A stretch of 64,000 nt of DNA, taken from NCBI GenBank assembly GCA_963662655.2, contig CAXXTU010000002.1, positions 1,504,001 to 1,568,000 of the forward strand. Direction: 5' to 3'. Shown here piece by piece: positions 52,391-62,458 of the stretch. Each line of letters starts with the position of its first letter. Position 1 is the first letter of the stretch. The position numbers were made by a program, and so were the translations under genes. A model generated the notes under the pieces. That model made no database searches. It was not told the origin of the DNA and was given only the letters and a program-made list of their open reading frames with translations. The DNA is from Candidatus Cloacimonadales bacterium (GTDB lineage Bacteria > Cloacimonadota > Cloacimonadia > Cloacimonadales > JAIOQZ01).

Positions 52391-55327
52391 ATGAAAAAGA
52401 AGAGTCTTTTTGTTTTATTATTGCTTGCCGTAACAATGCTTATCGCGTCCGGAGACTTGCCAGACTTCAAGAAAATCATAGAAAATCGACGCCTTCGGGA
52501 GCTGGATGTCTGGAGCACGCAGGATGTTCCATCCAGACAAAACCGCCCCGAGCACAATTTTGACGCGCTCCACTACGATATCGACATCACACTGCTGTTT
52601 GAAACCCTGTCGTTCCAGGTGGATTTAACCGCGGATTTCGAGATACTGGAGGACAACGTGGAAAGCATCACGCTCCATTGCGACGATGCCATACAGATTT
52701 CCGGTATCCAGCAGAGCGATCAGGACGTGGCGTGGAGCCACGAAGATGGTGCGCTACAGGTGAACCTCCTCGAACCGGCTCAAACCGGTGAGATCGTCAC
52801 ACTTCGTTTCGATTACTCGGCCCAGGAATCCACGCGCCTGGAAGACGGACTGAAATACGAGACGCACTCGGGAGTGCCTGTCGCCTTCACCATGTGCTCC
52901 CCCCGAGGAGCCCGGAAATGGCTCATCAGCTACGACCTCCCCGATGACAAGATCGAAGACGTCGATCTGTGGATTACCTACCCCGAAGAATACTCATCCG
53001 CGGCGATCGGCCTGCTTCAAGAAACGATAGACAACGGCGACGGAACCGTTACCGACCACTGGTACGAGGCTTACCCCGTGTGTTCCTACCTGATTTCTCT
53101 CGCCGTAACCAACTACGAGCTCCATACATTCGATTTCACATGGGAAGGGCAAACCATGCCCGTGATGAACTACGTCTATCCCGAAAGCGCGGATAGCCAG
53201 CTCCAGCTCTTCAACCAGTGTGGCGACATGCTCACGTTCTTCTCCAGCATTTACGGCGTTTATCCATTCCTGGATGAGAAATACGGTCACGCGGTATGCA
53301 CGAACCTGGGGGCAACCGCGATGGAGCACCAAACCTGCACGTCCTACAATCCATCTTACATCAACGAAGAGGACGCACCCTACACCGTCGCGCACGAGCT
53401 CTCGCACCACTGGGGCGGAGACTGCCTTTCCATCAGCGATTGGAGCCATGTGTGGCTCAAGGAAGGATTCGCGTCATACTCGGAAGCGCTCTGGGCAGAA
53501 AGCCTGTACGGATCCGAGGGACTCATCGAATACATGGAAGCCTTCGACACGGGAAGTCAGCTTGATCCCAGCCTCTACCGCGATCCCGAAGGAACCGCCA
53601 ACGAGATTTTCAACTGGACGATCTACGCCAAAGGCGCCTGGGCCATGCACATGCTGCGCGGGGTAATCCGCGACGAAGACTTCTTCCAGACGATCGCCGG
53701 CATTCTCGAGGATCCCGACTTTCGCTACGGGAATTTCTCCACCGACGACCTGATGAACTACGCGGAGGATGTCTCGGGGATCGAGCTCGACTGGTTCTTC
53801 GACTGCTGGTACCCCAACGAAGGCAGGCCACGCTACGACTACACCGTATTCGCGCCGGAGATGTACTTCCCCGAGATGCACTGGTACTCCATCGCCATTC
53901 AATCGCAGGGAACCGCCGGCGACGAGTTCACGATGCGAATCCCGATTCGGCAAGGCGCTTTCGACAGCTCCATCCTGGTTGAACCTGGAGCGAATTATAT
54001 TCATACGGGGCTTCAAGTCAGCGGTTGGAATGTTGAGTTCGATCCCGACAGTTGGGTGCTGGACGGCGGCTTCACCGAGCGCCTTCCCATCCTGAACGAA
54101 ATCCCGAGACGCGACGGGAAAGTGATGCTGGTGTGGGATTACTTCTTCGACGACATGGTCGAAGGCTACTGGATTTTTCGCAGCAACGGAGGTGAATTTT
54201 CCAGGCTGAACGAAGAACCGCTCGAAGCGATATCATTCCTCGACGAGGATATCTCCCCCGATTCGCTTTACGCTTATAAAATCTGCGCGGTTCTCAGCGG
54301 AAGCTACTCCGATTTCTCCAACACCATTGTAACGCAGCCGATCGATTATTCGTTCAATAGAGGGATTTTGGTGGTAGATAACACCATGGACTATAGCAGT
54401 CCCACGCTCCCCACGGATGAAGAGATGGATGAGTTTTACGATGATTTGATGAGATATTACGCCTACGACACATGGGATGTCAGCGATCAGGGCTATCCCC
54501 CGCTTTCGGAGATGGGGCGCTACTCGACGATCATCTGGCATGCGGACGATATCCAGCAGTCACCAATCGTCGATGACATCTACCGGCTTCAGAACTACTC
54601 TCTCGCCGGCGGGAAACTGATTATCTCCCAATGCAAGAAGACATCCGCCATGCAGCCCTCCGAGCTGGAAAGTTTTTTCGGGATCGATGCCGTTTATTTC
54701 AACAATCAGCCCGACTTCGTCGCAGCGATCTCGCAGGACGAGGAATACGTCATGGACATCCCCGTCGATACGGATCGACTTCCCCTCCCCAATTGGACGA
54801 ATGCCCTGGGGTACGTCTCGCGCTTCGACGTCGATGAATCCACCGAGGTTATCTTCCGGTACGACTCCATCAACGACGATCCCGCCTGGGAGGGGCAGCC
54901 TTGCGGAATATGGTTGCACGATCCCGAGATCGTCCTGCTCGGGTTTCCGCTTTATCACATGATGGAATTCGAAGCGGAGCATTTCATGCAACACGTCCTG
55001 CACGAATTCGGCGAACTCGAACCGGCGGTGGATGACCAAACCGCACCGGCTTGCGAGATGGAGGTCAAGCTCTACCCCAATCCGTTCAACCCGGAGCTGA
55101 ACATCAGCTTCATGCTCGATCGCGAGGGGGAAACAAGCGTGAGTATTTACAACGTCCGCGGCGAATTAGTTCGTAAATTTGAACCTGAAAGGTTGACAGC
55201 CGGAAGACACACGTATAATTGGGGTGGGAGAAATTCTGCAGGAAACCTCGTTTCCTCCGGAGTTTATTTTGTCAGAGTACACCATGACGGTGTCGAGAGA
55301 ATTTCGAAAGCGTTATTGATCAAGTAA
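52391..55327 (+). CDS. Secreted M1 family aminopeptidase with FlgD/T9SS-type CTD
   Basis: AMEHQT, AHELSHHW..WLKEGFASY, YAKGAW..HMLR, YPNPFNP CTD. Confidence 0.92.
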   Translation: MKKKSLFVLLLLAVTMLIASGDLPDFKKIIENRRLRELDVWSTQDVPSRQNRPEHNFDALHYDIDITLLFETLSFQVDLTADFEILEDNVESITLHCDDAIQISGIQQSDQDVAWSHEDGALQVNLLEPAQTGEIVTLRFDYSAQESTRLEDGLKYETHSGVPVAFTMCSPRGARKWLISYDLPDDKIEDVDLWITYPEEYSSAAIGLLQETIDNGDGTVTDHWYEAYPVCSYLISLAVTNYELHTFDFTWEGQTMPVMNYVYPESADSQLQLFNQCGDMLTFFSSIYGVYPFLDEKYGHAVCTNLGATAMEHQTCTSYNPSYINEEDAPYTVAHELSHHWGGDCLSISDWSHVWLKEGFASYSEALWAESLYGSEGLIEYMEAFDTGSQLDPSLYRDPEGTANEIFNWTIYAKGAWAMHMLRGVIRDEDFFQTIAGILEDPDFRYGNFSTDDLMNYAEDVSGIELDWFFDCWYPNEGRPRYDYTVFAPEMYFPEMHWYSIAIQSQGTAGDEFTMRIPIRQGAFDSSILVEPGANYIHTGLQVSGWNVEFDPDSWVLDGGFTERLPILNEIPRRDGKVMLVWDYFFDDMVEGYWIFRSNGGEFSRLNEEPLEAISFLDEDISPDSLYAYKICAVLSGSYSDFSNTIVTQPIDYSFNRGILVVDNTMDYSSPTLPTDEEMDEFYDDLMRYYAYDTWDVSDQGYPPLSEMGRYSTIIWHADDIQQSPIVDDIYRLQNYSLAGGKLIISQCKKTSAMQPSELESFFGIDAVYFNNQPDFVAAISQDEEYVMDIPVDTDRLPLPNWTNALGYVSRFDVDESTEVIFRYDSINDDPAWEGQPCGIWLHDPEIVLLGFPLYHMMEFEAEHFMQHVLHEFGELEPAVDDQTAPACEMEVKLYPNPFNPELNISFMLDREGETSVSIYNVRGELVRKFEPERLTAGRHTYNWGGRNSAGNLVSSGVYFVRVHHDGVERISKALLIK
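55193..55219 (+). promoter_or_regulatory. Candidate internal sigma70 promoter for glgP-galE
   Basis: TTGACA-15 nt-TATAAT inside the end of the peptidase gene; the spacer is short. Confidence 0.35.
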
Positions 55328-55354
55328 ATAGAACCACACAGGAGATATTGGGCT

Positions 55355-57904
55355 ATGGATAGATTCAAGGAGATAACCATGGATCGAGATAAACTAAGGC
55401 TATCACACCTGGTAAAGAATTACGGCGACCTGATGGACGCGGAGTCGCTGGTTCGAGACTTTGCCGACCGGCTGCGATACAGTCTTTGCGCAGATCGTTA
55501 CTCGGCTTCGGCCTACGACTGTTTCACCAGCTTCGCGCTTGCGGTTCGCGATTGCCTCACCGCTCGCTGGATCCGTACGCAGCAGGAGTATTACAACAAG
55601 GACGCCAAGCGCGTTTACTACCTCTCGATGGAATTTCTCACAGGCAGAGCACTCGGTAACGCGGTGACCAACCTCGGTATCTGGAACGAGAGCATCGAAG
55701 CGCTGCACAAGCTTGGCCTGGATTTGGAAGAGCTCCGGGAACTCGAGTGGGACGCCGGGCTTGGAAATGGCGGCCTGGGAAGGCTCGCAGCCTGCTTCCT
55801 CGATTCGATGGCGACACTCCAGCTCCCGGGATACGGATACGGCATTCGCTACGAGTATGGTATCTTCTCGCAAAGGCTTTGGGACGGTTATCAGATCGAA
55901 ACCCCCGACAACTGGCTCCGATATGCGAATCCATGGGAAGTGGAGCGTCCCGAATTCATCTACCCGGTGAAATTCTACGGTCGTCTGAACCAATACCTCG
56001 ACCCGCACGGCAAGTGGAAAGTGGATTGGGTCGACACCCAGGACGTCATGGCCATGGCCTACGACACGCCGATTCCGGGGTACCGCAACAACACAGTGAA
56101 CACCCTGCGCCTGTGGTCATCCAAATCCACCCGCGACTTCAACCTGCAATACTTCAACAGCGGGGACTACATCCGCGCGGTGGAGGAGAAGAACCACTCC
56201 GAAACCATCACGAAAGTACTTTACCCCAACGACAACAACATGCAGGGCAAAGAGCTTCGCCTCAAGCAGGAGTACCTCTTCGTTTCGGCGACACTCCAGG
56301 ATATCCTGCGCCGCTTCGACAAGATACGCAACGACCTTCGCCTCCTTCCCGAGAAAGTCGCCATCCAACTCAACGATACGCATCCTGCGCTGGCGATACC
56401 GGAACTCATGCGTCTCCTCGTCGACGAGCGCGGTGTTCCATGGGACACCGCCTGGGACATCACGAAAAACACCTTTGCATACACGAACCACACCGTACTG
56501 CCGGAAGCGCTCGAACAATGGAGAGTCGACCTGATCGAACGCGTCCTTCCGCGCCACTTGCAGATCATATACGAAATCAATCGCAGATTCATGGACCAGG
56601 TATGGTCAACCTACCCCGGTGACATGATTCGCATGCGCAATATGTCCATCATCGGCGAAGAGCCGGTCAAAACCATCCAGATGGCCAAACTCGCCATCGT
56701 CGGTTCACACTCGGTGAATGGCGTTTCCGCGCTTCACACGGAAATCTTGAAGGAAGATATCTTCAAGACATTCTACAATATGATGCCCGAGAAATTCAAC
56801 AACAAGACCAACGGCATCACCCAGAGACGCTGGCTGAAGCTCTCCAATCCGCGCCTCTCGGAGCTCATCGATTCGGCAATCGGAAACAAATGGACGACAG
56901 ACCTTTACGAACTCAAGAAGCTCGAACCGCTTGCCGACGACGACGTGTTCCGCGATCGCTGGCAGCAGGTGAAGCAGGAGAACAAGATCGAGTTTGCCAA
57001 GTGGGTGGAAGAGACCCACTACACGCGCGTCGATCCCGATTCGATCTTCGATTTCCAGGTCAAGCGCATCCACGAATACAAGCGTCAGCTCCTCAACGTG
57101 CTGCACGTGATCGATCAGTACAACCAGATCCGCATGAATCCGAAGCAGGATTTCGTTCCGCGAACCGTTTTCATCGGCGGAAAAGCTGCGCCGGGCTACC
57201 ACATGGCCAAGCTGGTCATCAAGCTGATCACCTCCGTCGCACACATCGTGAACAACGACCCTCGCGTAAAGGGCAAGCTCCGGCTGGTATTCCTGGTCAA
57301 TTACAACGTTTCCATGGCACAGAGGATTTTCCCGGCGTCCGACCTCTCCGAGCAGATTTCGACCGCCGGTCGTGAAGCCTCCGGAACGGGCAACATGAAG
57401 TTCGCGCTCAACGGAGCGATCACCATCGGTACGCTGGACGGAGCGAATGTTGAAATTCTCGAAGAAGTTGGAGATGATAACATCTTCATCTTCGGATTGA
57501 ACGCCGAAGAAGTGGAAAATACAAAGCGCACAGGATACAATCCGAAGACCTATTACGAGACGAATCTTCGTCTGAAACGCGTCATCGACATGATCCACGA
57601 CGGATATTTCTCACCGGAGAAACCGGACCTGTTCCATCCCATCGTGCACACACTACTCGACAGAGACGAGTACCTCTTGCTCGTCGACTTCGAATCGTAC
57701 ATCAAAACCCAGCGCCTGGTCGACGAGGCCTTCCTGGACAAGGAGCGCTGGCTGAGGATGTCGATTGCCAACGTGGCGAACAGCGGCAAATTCTCCTCGG
57801 ACAGGACCATCCAGGAATACGCGAAAGAGATTTGGGGCGCGACACCCGTCAGCGTTCCCCTGACAGACATCGACAGCATCGAGGAAATCGGAGTAGAAGA
57901 ATGA
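55355..57904 (+). CDS. glgP: Glycogen/starch phosphorylase
   Basis: GLGNGGLGRLAACF, QLNDTHP, KRIHEYKRQ, EASGTGNMK; alternative start 55379. Confidence 0.97.
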   Translation: MDRFKEITMDRDKLRLSHLVKNYGDLMDAESLVRDFADRLRYSLCADRYSASAYDCFTSFALAVRDCLTARWIRTQQEYYNKDAKRVYYLSMEFLTGRALGNAVTNLGIWNESIEALHKLGLDLEELRELEWDAGLGNGGLGRLAACFLDSMATLQLPGYGYGIRYEYGIFSQRLWDGYQIETPDNWLRYANPWEVERPEFIYPVKFYGRLNQYLDPHGKWKVDWVDTQDVMAMAYDTPIPGYRNNTVNTLRLWSSKSTRDFNLQYFNSGDYIRAVEEKNHSETITKVLYPNDNNMQGKELRLKQEYLFVSATLQDILRRFDKIRNDLRLLPEKVAIQLNDTHPALAIPELMRLLVDERGVPWDTAWDITKNTFAYTNHTVLPEALEQWRVDLIERVLPRHLQIIYEINRRFMDQVWSTYPGDMIRMRNMSIIGEEPVKTIQMAKLAIVGSHSVNGVSALHTEILKEDIFKTFYNMMPEKFNNKTNGITQRRWLKLSNPRLSELIDSAIGNKWTTDLYELKKLEPLADDDVFRDRWQQVKQENKIEFAKWVEETHYTRVDPDSIFDFQVKRIHEYKRQLLNVLHVIDQYNQIRMNPKQDFVPRTVFIGGKAAPGYHMAKLVIKLITSVAHIVNNDPRVKGKLRLVFLVNYNVSMAQRIFPASDLSEQISTAGREASGTGNMKFALNGAITIGTLDGANVEILEEVGDDNIFIFGLNAEEVENTKRTGYNPKTYYETNLRLKRVIDMIHDGYFSPEKPDLFHPIVHTLLDRDEYLLLVDFESYIKTQRLVDEAFLDKERWLRMSIANVANSGKFSSDRTIQEYAKEIWGATPVSVPLTDIDSIEEIGVEE

Positions 57905-58911
57905 GAATACTGGTTACAGGTGGCGCAGGCTACATTGGAAGCCACGCCTGTGTCTCATTGCTTGAAACAGGCAATGAAGTCATCGTAGTCGACAACCTTT
58001 CAAATAGCAAAATGGAATCGATCAGCCGTGTCGAGCAGATCACCGGCAAGAACATTCAGTTTCACAAGACCGACCTTCTGGACGCCTCCGGGCTGGACGG
58101 TTTGTTCGAGCGGACGAAGCCGGATGCGGTCATTCACTTCGCGGGTTACAAGGCAGTCGGAGAATCCGTGGCCAAACCCATGATGTATTACCACAACAAC
58201 ATCACCGGAACCATCAATCTGCTGGAGAGCATGAAGAAGCATGGCGTGGATACGCTCATCTTCAGCTCATCCGCCACGGTCTATGGCGATGCGGATCGCG
58301 TCCCGATAACGGAAGACTTCCCCCTGAAGCCGTACAGTCCGTACGGCTGGACCAAGTTCATGATCGAGCAGATGCTCCGTGATCTTCATGCAGCCAATCC
58401 GAACATGAGCATCGTTCTGCTCCGCTACTTCAATCCGGTGGGAGCGCATCCCTCCGGAAATATCGGCGAGGACCCAAACGGCATCCCCAACAACCTGTTC
58501 CCCTACATCTCGCAAGTGCTCATTGGGAAACGCAAAAAACTGCATGTGTTCGGCAACGACTACCCCACTCCCGACGGCACCGGTGTGCGCGACTACATTC
58601 ACGTCATGGACCTCGTTGATGGCCATGTGGTCGCACTGGAGAAATTGCACGGCAAACAGGGGGTTTTCACTTACAATCTCGGGACGGGAATCGGATACAG
58701 CGTTCTGGACATCGTCAAGGCGTACGAAAAGGCTTCCGGGAAAGAGGTCCCCTACAGTTTCACCGAACGACGCAGTGGCGATGTGGCGATTTGCTACTCC
58801 GACCCTTCCAAAGCGAAGGCTGAGCTGAGTTGGGAAACAAGGCGAAGTCTGGAAGACATGTGCGCAGACTCCTGGAAATGGCAGACCCAGAACCCGAAAG
58901 GATATGAATAG
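57901..58911 (+). CDS. galE: UDP-glucose 4-epimerase
   Basis: TGGAGYIGSH, FSSSATVYG, PYGWTK, LRYFNPVGAH. Confidence 0.96.
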   Translation: MRILVTGGAGYIGSHACVSLLETGNEVIVVDNLSNSKMESISRVEQITGKNIQFHKTDLLDASGLDGLFERTKPDAVIHFAGYKAVGESVAKPMMYYHNNITGTINLLESMKKHGVDTLIFSSSATVYGDADRVPITEDFPLKPYSPYGWTKFMIEQMLRDLHAANPNMSIVLLRYFNPVGAHPSGNIGEDPNGIPNNLFPYISQVLIGKRKKLHVFGNDYPTPDGTGVRDYIHVMDLVDGHVVALEKLHGKQGVFTYNLGTGIGYSVLDIVKAYEKASGKEVPYSFTERRSGDVAICYSDPSKAKAELSWETRRSLEDMCADSWKWQTQNPKGYE

Positions 58912-58937
58912 ATTTCTTTGAAAAAGTAGTTCGTGAA

Positions 58938-59074
58938 CAGATTCGTTCGATCTGCCGCGCAGGCGTGGTGTTACACTTCATGAAGCGCAACATGAAAAGC
59001 ATGTTAGCTGCTGATTAGTATTGCGCTGAATGAAGTGTTATATCCACGGCGGAGCGGGAGATCGGGCGAAGATG
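58938..59074 (+). repeat. Dispersed structured intergenic element, copy D (137 bp)
   Basis: Same terminal boxes; inner stem replaced by ACACTTCAT/ATGAAGTGT and GCGCAA/TTGCGC. Confidence 0.87.
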
Positions 59075-59088
59075 GCACGAACGGATAT

Positions 59089-59871
59089 TCAATCGATCAA
59101 CAGAATCTTCCCGTGATACACCTGTGCGCCTGCATTACATCGATAGAAGTAAACACCTGAAGAAACAGCCCTTCCGCTTACATCTCGCAGATCCCAATGA
59201 ACTGAAGATTGGTCCTTCGCTAGCCGAAGTGTACGGATTTTCTGTCCGATTGTATTGTATATCGTTACACTCCCCGATTGCTGCGATGGCAAGCTGAGCT
59301 TCACGTGAGCCGCGCTTCGAACAGGATTCGGGTAGCAAACAACCTTTCCAGCGCTCAACTCGTTCTCCTCGACGGAATTCTCCGGTTGCAAGGAAATATC
59401 CAGCACCAGAGCCGTATCGACGCCGACAACGATCCCCTCGATGAGTTCTTCCTCATAGCCTTCGGCGTCGCACCGCAAATTGTGAACACCCTCACGGAGG
59501 GTCAGGCAATAGTCGCCGAACAACCCACTCACAACGGTTGCCGTGTCCGCTTCAACCACGGCATTGCGAATCCCGAAACCGCTCTCGGCGTTCCGCACCG
59601 TTCCAACGATGAACGACCGCCCATCGTTGTAGTAGATCGCTCCCTGCGAGCAAGTGCTCATACAGTCGCCGCAACCGTCGCACAGACTTTGGTTGATTCG
59701 CATGGACCCAAGCTCCGAATCGTAATCTATCGCACCATACGCGCAAACGAAATAGCACTCGGCGCATCCGTCACATATCCCTGGATTGACCTGGCAAGTC
59801 TCACGGACAGCTCCGGCAAAAAGCAAGAATCCCAGCACAAGAGGAAACATGATGTGTAGTATTCGCCTCAT
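59089..59871 (-). CDS. Secreted 2[4Fe-4S] ferredoxin + carboxypeptidase-regulatory-like domain + FlgD/T9SS-type CTD
   Basis: Hydrophobic leader; CDGCAECYFVC and CDGCGDCMSTC; GTVRNAESG..AEGY; YPNPV..WDLRD..VSSGVYF. Confidence 0.82.
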   Translation of the reverse strand: MRRILHIMFPLVLGFLLFAGAVRETCQVNPGICDGCAECYFVCAYGAIDYDSELGSMRINQSLCDGCGDCMSTCSQGAIYYNDGRSFIVGTVRNAESGFGIRNAVVEADTATVVSGLFGDYCLTLREGVHNLRCDAEGYEEELIEGIVVGVDTALVLDISLQPENSVEENELSAGKVVCYPNPVRSAAHVKLSLPSQQSGSVTIYNTIGQKIRTLRLAKDQSSVHWDLRDVSGRAVSSGVYFYRCNAGAQVYHGKILLID

Positions 59872-60001
59872 CGCACCCCCATATCCGGAATAAATAATCA
59901 ATTGCAATATCGAGGCCAGTCGCTTGACTGATATCCACTTTATCTCTAAAAAGCGCAGGTACCCCTGCCTGTGCACACAAAGCAAATCCTGATTAAGGCA
60001 C

Positions 60002-60029
60002 AAAAAAAAGCTGCCTTCCAGCAGCTTTT
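60002..60029 (-). terminator. Rho-independent terminator of the che-like cluster
   Basis: GCTGC-TGGAAG-GCAGC followed by T8 on the minus strand. Confidence 0.8.
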
Positions 60030-60046
60030 CATTATCTTGAAGAGGT

Positions 60047-60466
60047 TTACATCTCTTGAAACAGTATCTTCATGGGCTGGTTGCGGTAAAAGATCATATC
60101 GGAATCAAAACCTTCGTCCCCGCAATCTTTCTCATTAAACACAATTGTTTTGGGGAAAGGCAGAAGCTTGTCGTGGCTGGGATACATCTTTCCAATGAAG
60201 TTTCCGCCGATCATATTCACAATCTCCTGAAGGCAATCGGCGATATCGTCGTTCGTGGGATCCTCCGGCAGCCCGAGGAAGTTGACCGTCAATTCATACG
60301 CCAGATCCTTGCCCAGCAGGATACGAAACCGGAATTCCGGGTCGTCGAAAATCGTGCAATACTTGTAGGACTCTATGATCTCGTCCGGCGGTGTTTCTTC
60401 CACCAGGAAAAACATCTCCTCGAGGATGTTAGAAATCGTATCCCTCAAAACTGTCATCTTCTTCAT
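60047..60466 (-). CDS. cheX: CheX-like phosphatase
   Basis: LEEMFF, LTVNFLG, DCLQEIVNMIGGN (ExxN). Confidence 0.72.
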   Translation of the reverse strand: MKKMTVLRDTISNILEEMFFLVEETPPDEIIESYKYCTIFDDPEFRFRILLGKDLAYELTVNFLGLPEDPTNDDIADCLQEIVNMIGGNFIGKMYPSHDKLLPFPKTIVFNEKDCGDEGFDSDMIFYRNQPMKILFQEM

Positions 60467-60854
60467 TGAGCACATCTCCTATATCCAAAAGCTTTGTAAG
60501 GTATTCGCGAACTTCTTCGGGTCGGAACGGCTTGTGTAACAGTCCCGCAACTTTATCTCCAAGCACATTGAGGATCTCGTCACTTCTCGTTTCCGATGTG
60601 ATCACCACAATGGGCGTGTATTTGAACATGTCGTTTTTTCTCACTTCATCGACAAAAGTGAATCCATCCATCTCCGGCATATTGATGTCGGTAAATATCA
60701 TATCTACCCAACTCTGGGCAAGCACATCCAATCCTTCAATTCCATTTCCGGCTTCCAGAAATTCAACGTCTCCGATATGACACATGCGGATTACCTTGAT
60801 CATAACTTTTCGAAGTGAGCGCGAGTCATCGACGATCAACAGCTTCAATGACAT
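60429..60854 (-). CDS. CheY-like response regulator
   Basis: IVDDS, FTDINMP.MDG, ITSE, KPF. Confidence 0.9.
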   Translation of the reverse strand: MSLKLLIVDDSRSLRKVMIKVIRMCHIGDVEFLEAGNGIEGLDVLAQSWVDMIFTDINMPEMDGFTFVDEVRKNDMFKYTPIVVITSETRSDEILNVLGDKVAGLLHKPFRPEEVREYLTKLLDIGDVLNEEDDSFEGYDF

Positions 60855-60866
60855 ACGAATAATCTC

Positions 60867-61706
60867 CTAAAGCGTTAAGTTTTCTACCAGATTTTTTATT
60901 TTATCAACAGAGCCGGAGATTATCTGATCCAATTCTCGACTCTTGATATTATACTTGAGCAACAGCGGCTCATAGCCGGCGTACGCTAGCGAATCCTTCG
61001 TGGACTGCTTGCCGATTATGAACGCGATGTAATCCGCGAGCGCTACGATTTGCACATACGGACTATTGCTGCGGTCGGGATTATGATGGAACTTCGCCAC
61101 ATCCGTAATCACCTTCGAGAAATTCCATTTCTTCAAGATCGCCGAGCCGACGACCGGGTGCGTGAAACCAATGATCTTTCTCTCTGCGGTCGTGAAATCG
61201 ATATTCGACTCCTGCACCAGCTTGATGATCTTCTCGAACTCATCCGAGATATACTGGCTCATGATGATCTTTCCGATATCGTGCAGAAGCGCGGACGTGA
61301 ACAACACCGCCTGATCCAGGTTGGGCTCGTACTTCCTGAGATCCTCGGCGATGGTTGCCACGGAAAGCGAGTGCTCCCAGATCTCTCCCTGAATCGTCTC
61401 ATAGCCGGGCATGAACTTCTCGAAATACTTTTTCGCCGCTGAAATCATGATGATGGACGTCATCTGATTCACACCCAGGTAGCTGATGGCTGTCTGCAAA
61501 TCGCTGATTTCCGTACTCTTCGCATAAGCGGCGGAATTCACGACTTTGAGAATGTTCGCGGTAAGGGCAGGATCGTACTTGATCAGATCCGTGAGCTCCC
61601 GCACGCTGAAATCCTCATTTCGAATGATGGTCATAGCCTTTTGGGCTACCTTGCTGAATGGAGGGAGATATTCAATATCCGCGACAATATCAGACATCTT
61701 GATCAT
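60867..61706 (-). CDS. HDOD domain protein
   Basis: LPPFS, DPALTANILKVVNSA, WEHS, LLHDIGK, W.F...HH. Confidence 0.93.
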   Translation of the reverse strand: MIKMSDIVADIEYLPPFSKVAQKAMTIIRNEDFSVRELTDLIKYDPALTANILKVVNSAAYAKSTEISDLQTAISYLGVNQMTSIIMISAAKKYFEKFMPGYETIQGEIWEHSLSVATIAEDLRKYEPNLDQAVLFTSALLHDIGKIIMSQYISDEFEKIIKLVQESNIDFTTAERKIIGFTHPVVGSAILKKWNFSKVITDVAKFHHNPDRSNSPYVQIVALADYIAFIIGKQSTKDSLAYAGYEPLLLKYNIKSRELDQIISGSVDKIKNLVENLTL

Positions 61707-62185
61707 ATCTCATACTCCTCCGAAGAATTCGAGATCACACACTTGCCGGTATCGATATAAAGCTTGACCGTGCGACTCTTGGACCCCCCAACATCTTCGG
61801 ACTTTATCATGATGTTATTACGCCACAATATCTTACGAACCGCCGCGTAATTTCTCTCACCTATATTGAAAAACTTGTTCTTATCCATTACATTACTTCC
61901 GCCAATCACTTTAACAATCACACGTCCGCGTTTCGCTCCAAGCTTGAACAATGACTTGAAAAGAAGGGGCACACCAGTATCAACATATTTGAATGCAACA
62001 AGATTATCTCGGTCTCTCTCAATGGATGAATCCGGAAGCATAACATGAATCATTCCGCCAACTTTCTCTACGGGGTCGTACAAGACTACAGCCACACATG
62101 ATCCCAATGAATAGGTTACAATTGTGTCTTCAGGATTGGCTGATACTTTCATGTCGGCGATATTGACTACAACATATTTAGCCAT
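61703..62185 (-). CDS. cheD: Chemoreceptor glutamine deamidase CheD
   Basis: TYSLGSCVAV, GGMIHVMLP, IGERN, EDVGG..SRT. Confidence 0.94.
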   Translation of the reverse strand: MAKYVVVNIADMKVSANPEDTIVTYSLGSCVAVVLYDPVEKVGGMIHVMLPDSSIERDRDNLVAFKYVDTGVPLLFKSLFKLGAKRGRVIVKVIGGSNVMDKNKFFNIGERNYAAVRKILWRNNIMIKSEDVGGSKSRTVKLYIDTGKCVISNSSEEYEI

Positions 62186-62458
62186 ATTTTTTCCTGACAA
62201 TTATTTGCAGTGACTTAGAAACTATTCAAGTACATCTTAACGTTCCAATCACAGTGTTCATTGTCGGTTTTGTCAATGCAAAAGGGGATTGTAAAGCTTT
62301 TTTTTCAATCCACGCTGCTACAATCTCAAAACAACAAAGTTCTTTGTTTATGAATCTAATGCAAAACGAGCGTTTCCACAACAAATTTTCTTCAAGAATT
62401 CCTTGCTTGTTTTTGTTAGCCTGCTAGGGTTGATGACATCTACAGAACGGAGGTTCGA

